Part shown: positions 57,977 through 64,000 of the stretch, piece after piece
Layout of the letters: each line of letters starts with the position of its first letter
Position numbering within the stretch: position 1 is the first letter of the stretch
Source of the DNA: Eledone cirrhosa
Taxonomy: Eukaryota
Assembly: GCA_964016885.1 (NCBI GenBank)
Contig: OZ024740.1
Span: 24,304,001-24,368,000 of the forward strand
Length of the DNA stretch: 64,000 bases
Reading direction: 5' to 3'
Notes under the pieces: model-generated
Seen by the model: the letters and a program-made list of their open reading frames with translations, nothing else
The model's database searches: none
What the model was told of the DNA's origin: nothing
Position numbers and translations under genes: made by a program

Positions 57977-58525
57977 CGTTGAAAGAGATAAAAAGGTTAA
58001 ACAATGCAAAATGGACTGTAAGGTGGGGTAACAAAAAGGAAGTTACCTGGGAATCTTTGTTTTGTTTCTTACTATTGTTCTTTTTTCTGTCCAATAAAGG
58101 AAGCCTTGCTCATACGTGGACTCAACCCGCAAATAAATAATAAATTAGAATTCAGCACACAGTACTTGACATAAAAAGACACACCCACAGGTACACAAAC
58201 TAAACATCTCATAGAAAATAATTGATTTCGCTATAGTGCCAATTGACGTCATTCTCGGGAAAAGCCAATTATCCATAAAAAAATAAAACGGTCGAAAACG
58301 ATTAAACATTTTTTTAATCAAAATCAAAATTTAATCCCAAAAGAGAAGAAATTGGAACATTATCCTCTGAAAGTTTCTTAAACTTTGAAGAAGGGACTTT
58401 TAGGTCCCGAAATATTGGAGAGAAAAAAGAACAAAAAAAAACTTTTCCAGGTAACTTACTTTTTCTTTACTTCATCTTACAGCCCATTGTGTATTGTTTA
58501 GCCTTTTATATCTTTCAACGTTATA
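57973..58525. repeat. Fold-back element with ~100-bp diverged arms and a degenerate HHR-like motif at ~58381-58420
   Basis: tataacgttgaaaga..gttacctgg / ccaggtaac..tctttcaacgttata; motif TTGAAGA-a gggac..gtccc-GAAA-ta-TT. Confidence 0.65.
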
Positions 58526-58619
58526 TATTATATACAATGCTTCAAGCATACTATAACATTTTATCATATATATATATAGGCTGGTTTGTTTACTCCGGAG
58601 AAATGGAAAATAAGTAAGA

Positions 58620-59532
58620 CAAACATGTTAAATTTAGCTTCGTTTATTATAAATTCTCTGCTATATATATTTCAGTGACAGCTATTATTGACTATGACCT
58701 CATCTGGCAGTACGAATTATTGTAGAAAAAACAGGTAAACATGGTGTTGAAATGTGTTCCACTCTGTCACTTCATCGATATGTCCAGCTCCTGGGTGTGT
58801 TGTTAGTCCTCCGACGAACTGGAATCATATGAGCTAGAACAAACAAATTTCACTTCCTTAACCAGAACTCAAGTTAGCTGACACTAGATGATATAAAGAG
58901 ACAAAGTACGTCTGCGGAGTCCTATCCTGTGTGCAAACAGGCACCCCAAGTTTCCGACCAGCGAGCCTCAACACCCAACCCCGGCTTGTGATCCGAGTAC
59001 CCGGAGGATATCCTACCTCGAACCCGACCCCATTCGCACGCATGAGTCAGTGATAAATAGGACGCGCCTATTACAACTACTTACCGCTCTACCCACCTCT
59101 AGAGGTGACTTTTGACCCTGGGTCTGTGTGTGTGTATCCACACGTGGGCGTATATGGAATTGTGTGTATGTGTGCTTGGTAATATGGGAATGTTCCTGAG
59201 CCTGTGTTGGTACGTCTGTACATGCAATGGTGTGCGTTGACAAACATATACGCATATGTACTCTATGCTTAACAAATAAGTGTAGTCCTTTACACTTCTG
59301 GTGTTTGACACAGGTTTTTCGGTTTTTTATTTTTTACTTCACTTTTACTTCATTTGTTTTTAAAAGGCACCCATCTTTTGTTGGACTGTGTGGACGTAAA
59401 TAGGTGAATGCACCCGAGCTATTTTTTCTACAATAATTCGTACTGCCTGATGAGGTCACAGCCAATAATAGCTGCCACTGAAATACATATAGCTGAGAAT
59501 TTATAATAAACGAAGCCAAATTTAACATGTTT
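58620..59532. repeat. Fold-back element, arms ~58620-58731 / 59421-59532, with an HHR in each arm (58652-58718 -, 59435-59501 +)
   Basis: aattcgtactgc-CTGATGA-ggtcacagc..gctgccact-GAAA-tacata-TA-gc(t/a)gagaatt. The left copy has CAGATGA. Confidence 0.75.
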
Positions 59533-59543
59533 GATTTACATAT

Positions 59544-59631
<88 letters not shown>

Positions 59632-60236
59632 GAGGTTATATTTAATTTGTTGGGATTTAACAAGCTTAAAATATTTTATATCTGATATAAAGCACTCAAC
59701 AAATTAGTGGAGTAAAAACACAATATATTCCTCAAACACCAATATTCATGAATGAGACACATATCCACAATGTGTGAAAAAAATGACCCTATGCCTAGTT
59801 TAAAAATTCTTAGGTCTATAAGCAAAATCTGAGACAAAATTAATTCGAATGGATGAGACATAATATATTTTAAATATATCATCTTTCTTTCTTTTTCTCC
59901 TCTACACTGGACGTGATTTATGTGTCGGCTATTTTAACTGTATCCCTTCCCTCCTTAACCTCTCACTTGTACGCTGATCATCTGTCCTCAAGCTGCCTAC
60001 TATTTTTTCACTTCCTCAATATATTTCTCTCTCCCATATCTCCTTCTCTCTCTGTCTCGCTCTGTTGTTTTTCTTTACATACATCTCTTCATCTTCTTCT
60101 TTTTATCTTCGTTTTTATTCGTCTTTCTTTCTCTATAACTGTCCTTAACAGTTTCACTACCAAATCAACTTTTTAAATGGAAGTTGCATTATTCTAAGGT
60201 ATGTCAAAATTATTTATAAAACAGCTTATATATTGT

Positions 60237-60300
60237 ATTTTGTCTGAGGAAGGCATACCATATTTTTAATATGATATCCCAGAAATATATATAACGAAAT
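60237..60300 (+). ncRNA. Type-I hammerhead ribozyme motif
   Basis: attttgt-CTGAGGA-..catat ttttaat atg..-GAAA-tatata-TA-acgaaat. It has the same downstream tail as the 322-380 family. Confidence 0.7.
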
Positions 60301-61026
60301 AAATATGGTTTTATAAATATAGTTTCCATTTGTTTAATATCGTAAACCTACTCCAAAAACTGTTGAGTGCTTTTATATCAGTTATAAAATATTTACTCGT
60401 TGTACCCCAACAATTTAAATAAAACTTTTGCATATATATATATATATATATATATATTCTTAATAGTAATAACGAGGCATAGTACATGGAAGAAATATAT
60501 TGAAACACTGGAAATGGTTGGAAGAGAGACTTGACGTTTTGGATGGTGTTCCTTCATCCGAAGATAGAGCTAAATAGATTGTAAAAAGTGAACAGAAGAA
60601 TGAACGGGGAAAATGAGAACAAAAATTTGGGAGAAAAAAACACACGTGAGAATTTAGTCAGTTATCTTGGATATATATATATTGTTGAGTGTGTGGATTT
60701 CGCAGGCGATTCCTCAAAGCAAACTAACTGAATGGTGTGTGTCGTCTCTGAATCAATTCTATTCTCTGCCTATGTTTACCGTAATCCAGTAATTGTTTAC
60801 TTAGACTTTGTAATTTAAACCTGATGACGTCGCCAGACGTCTTAAGTCAGAGAAAGAGAGACAGAGAGAGAGAGAGTGGGGAGAGAGAAAGAGTGAGTGG
60901 GTCTGCGGTGATGAGACCGAAGAGACCATAAAACATGCGAGTACTTGATATATGGAGAGATGCAGGGTGGGTATCGAAATATGGAAAATACCGACTGCTT
61001 CGTGCCGCGGTCAGGATTTTACATAA

Positions 61027-61092
<66 letters not shown>

Positions 61093-61160
61093 AAAAAAAA
61101 TGTAATCATAAATGCAACTGGAGTCTTATTTAAAAAAAAATATATATTTTTTTGTTTGGT

Positions 61161-61200
61161 TCCTTTACCGGTTTCGCAGTTTTTCTGCTTTTCAAAAGTA
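61161..61200 (-). ncRNA. Minimal hammerhead ribozyme, U3-A8 variant
   Basis: Minus strand: actt-TTGAAAA-gcag aaaaa ctgc-GAAA-ccgg-TA-aagg. Confidence 0.65.
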
Positions 61201-61404
61201 GAGTTGAGATGGAGGGTCTGTGGTTTTTCTCACATCTGGTTGGTCTTTGAATGTTACTTCTTTTATATGGAAAAAAGTGGCTCGCAACGCCAGGTTTTTA
61301 GAGAAGTAATTTGATTGGTTGGTCAAATAATAAATTTCGCGCCAGTTCGCGTTACAAAGTTCTTCAAAACAAGGGGGGAGGCTCAGGTTGTTTTTTCATA
61401 TATG

Positions 61405-62085
61405 AGTGTTTGAATTTCTTTTTACTTTAAAAAAAAGGGGTCCACGAAGGCTTTTTTTTAATAAACGCAATTTGATTGGTTATAAATGAAATTATGGCTG
61501 TCACGTGAACAAGTTTTCATTAAATTTCGCGCCCGTATTTGGAAATTTATTCTGTAGCCTTTTTAGAGAATTTTATGACAAGCAAAAGATAATGGTCAAG
61601 AGAAATGGGATGGGAGAATTGTTCTGGTTAAGTGAATATGGTTAGTTCGCTGGCGCGTCAGAATTCAGATTTTCTATTGAAATAAAGAAAGTAAAGATAT
61701 ATATGTTTATTTGTGTGCTTGTGTGTGTGTATGTGTATGTGTGTGTGTGTGTGTTTGTTTGAATTTCTTTTTACTTTAAAAAAAGGGTCTCACGAAGGCT
61801 TTTTTTAATAAACGTAATTTGATTGGTTATAAATGAAATTATGGCTGTCACGTGAACAAGTTTTCTTTAAAATTCGCGCCCGTATTTGGAAATCTATTCT
61901 GTAGCCTTTTAAGAGAATTTTATGACAAACAAAAGATAATGGTCAAGAGAAATGGGATGGAAGAATTGTTATGGTTCAGTGAATATGGTTAGTTCGCTGG
62001 GGTGTCAGAATTCAGATGTTCTATTGAAATAAAGAAAGGAAAGTTATGTATGTTTATTTGTGTGATTGTGTGTGTGTGTGTGTGT
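61405..62085. repeat. ~350-bp tandem duplication within the PLE 3' region
   Basis: gtttgaatttctttttactttaaaaaaa..cacgaaggc occurs at ~61408 and ~61757. Confidence 0.9.
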
Positions 62086-62360
62086 GTATAGGAAAATGAT
62101 TCTATTAGTAGAAATGAGGGAGGGAGTTGTGTCTGTGTGTGTATATGGGTGTTCTGTGTTTGTGTGTGTGTGGGAGTATGTTAAGATGGAGAGAATATAT
62201 ATATTTTGTGTGTGTGTATATGTGTGTAGGAAAGTGATTCTATTAGTAGAAATGGGGGAGGGAGTTGTGTGTGTGTGGGTGGGGTTGTTATGTGTGTGTA
62301 TAGGTGTTATGTGTGTGTGGGAGTATGGTTAGCATGTTAAGATGAAGAGAATATATATAT

Positions 62361-62477
<117 letters not shown>

Positions 62478-64000
62478 GAAAATGATTCCGTTAGTAGGAA
62501 TATTTTTGAATGAAGATATTTTCCTTACTTATTCGTATCTGTTCTGTTGTATTGTCAGCGCAAACGTGTGATAAGGTTTATTTAGTTCGAGTTTTTATTT
62601 TCTAAAGTAGCAGGTCTTATGTGTGTGTGTATGTGTCTGTTTGGATGGTTAGCATGCTATTGTGTTGACATAATGTATATTAAACCATATTTAATGTTGG
62701 TCTATATTTTTGAATAAACATATGTTCCTTATTTATTCGTATTTGTTCTGTTGTATTGTCAGCGCAAAGGTAAAATGGGAAGACTTGGAATGTGGGTGTC
62801 TTATTACTTGCGCGTATGTCTACATGTGCGCTTATTGTTATCTGTCTCGTGGTTGGATCTCGTATTTGTTGGCGATAAACTGTCATTCTGTTTCTGAGTG
62901 TGAGTTTAGTTTGTCCTATATAATCTTCATTGCGTCCTTTACATTTAATGGCATAAAATAAATTTTTTGATGAGCAAGTGAAGTGATTTTTTACAGCAAA
63001 ATTTTATCCTGATTTAAATGTATACGTGTTGCCTTCAATGAGGTGTGTGCAGGTTCCACAATTAGAGCGACCACATTTTTTGACAGTTGGTTGTTGGTTT
63101 GTGGTAGGTAATTTGGCATTGGTGAGTAATGTTTTCAGTGATTGCTTTAGCCCTTTCTATTCCATTATTTATTAGTAATGGTGGGTACTCTCTTTCGAGT
63201 AGAATTTCCCTTAATTCTTGAAGTCTTTTATTTCGCGTTTCATAATTAGAGACAATTGTGCAAATTCTTCTTGCTAGGTTAAAAGGAATGTTCATCTTCG
63301 TGTGCTTTGGATGGTTGGAGGTGAATAGCAGGTATTGTTTGGAATCTGTTGGTTTGTAGTGTATGTCAGTTTTAATATTTGTGTCTTTTTTTAAGATTAA
63401 GATGTCCAGAAATGGGCGTTGATCTTGGTTGTATTCCATTGTGATTTGGATGTGGTTATTGATGGCGTTTATTAAGTTTTTGAAATCCTTCAGTTGGTCG
63501 AGTGTGTGGGATCATGGTATGAGACAATCATGCAAGTAGCGTTTCCAATTCTCTGATGAATATTTGTGGAAATTCACTCCGTATTTTGATTTGTACTGTT
63601 CATATATCTAGATTTCTAAGTATCCCATGAATAAGTTGTCATAAGTTGGAGCGGATTTTGTACCCATCGCTGTCCCCGATATTTGCTTGTAAGTACTGCC
63701 ATCAAAATCAAAAAAGTTGTTCTGTAAGATGAATTTTAATCGCTCGGTGATGAAGCTTTTTTCTATGCTGCCAGGTATCTCATTGGGATATTTCTCTAGC
63801 CAGAATCCTGTTGCTTCTAGTCCGTATTGGTGTGGGATCGTTGTGTAGAGATTCACTACATCGAAAGACACAATAATAGTGTCGTTGTTGACATGTTTGG
63901 GGAGGTGGTTTAAGAGGTCCAGATCGTCTCTTACAAGGCTTGGTATGTGTTTGAGAATTGGTTTTAGTAATATGTCTATAAGGTTGCTCAGTATGTGTGT

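Noticed and set aside
59650-59880. Possible decayed GIY-YIG tail upstream of the 60237 HHR
   Set aside because: Only a vague resemblance with multiple stops; not supportable without a profile search.
60821-60846. CTGATGA followed by a small hairpin (cgtc..gacg)
   Set aside because: There is no GAAA or stem III. CTGATGA at ~2719 and ~56810 likewise lacks the rest of the fold.

Overview
This is AT-rich, microsatellite-saturated eukaryotic DNA. The SINE families look cephalopod/octopus-like (my inference). I cannot support any host gene, and nearly all ORF-track entries are (TA)n/(CA)n/(TATG)n artefacts. The window is mostly retroelement debris. It holds a 5'-truncated Tx1/L1-clade LINE plus a second Tx1 3' end, both inside (TATC)n tracts; at least four Penelope-like element (PLE) copies (two Neptune-like, one Naiad-like plus a decayed sibling, and one other GIY-YIG family); RTE, CR1-like and RLE-LINE fragments; tRNA-derived SINEs; Helitrons and MITEs; and a ~6 kb (ACC)-rich minisatellite giving a 2129-aa Thr-rich ORF. 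The main signal lies in short non-coding islands between (TA)n tracts. They carry about 20 type-I hammerhead ribozyme (HHR) motifs from many sequence families, with stem covariation and U3-A8 core variants. They often form fold-back inverted repeats. Two families (~540 nt and ~430 nt units) occur as more-than-unit-length or circularly permuted copies, as expected of retrozyme-like elements copied from circular or tandem RNA and mobilised by PLEs. All structures were read by eye, and boundaries are approximate.
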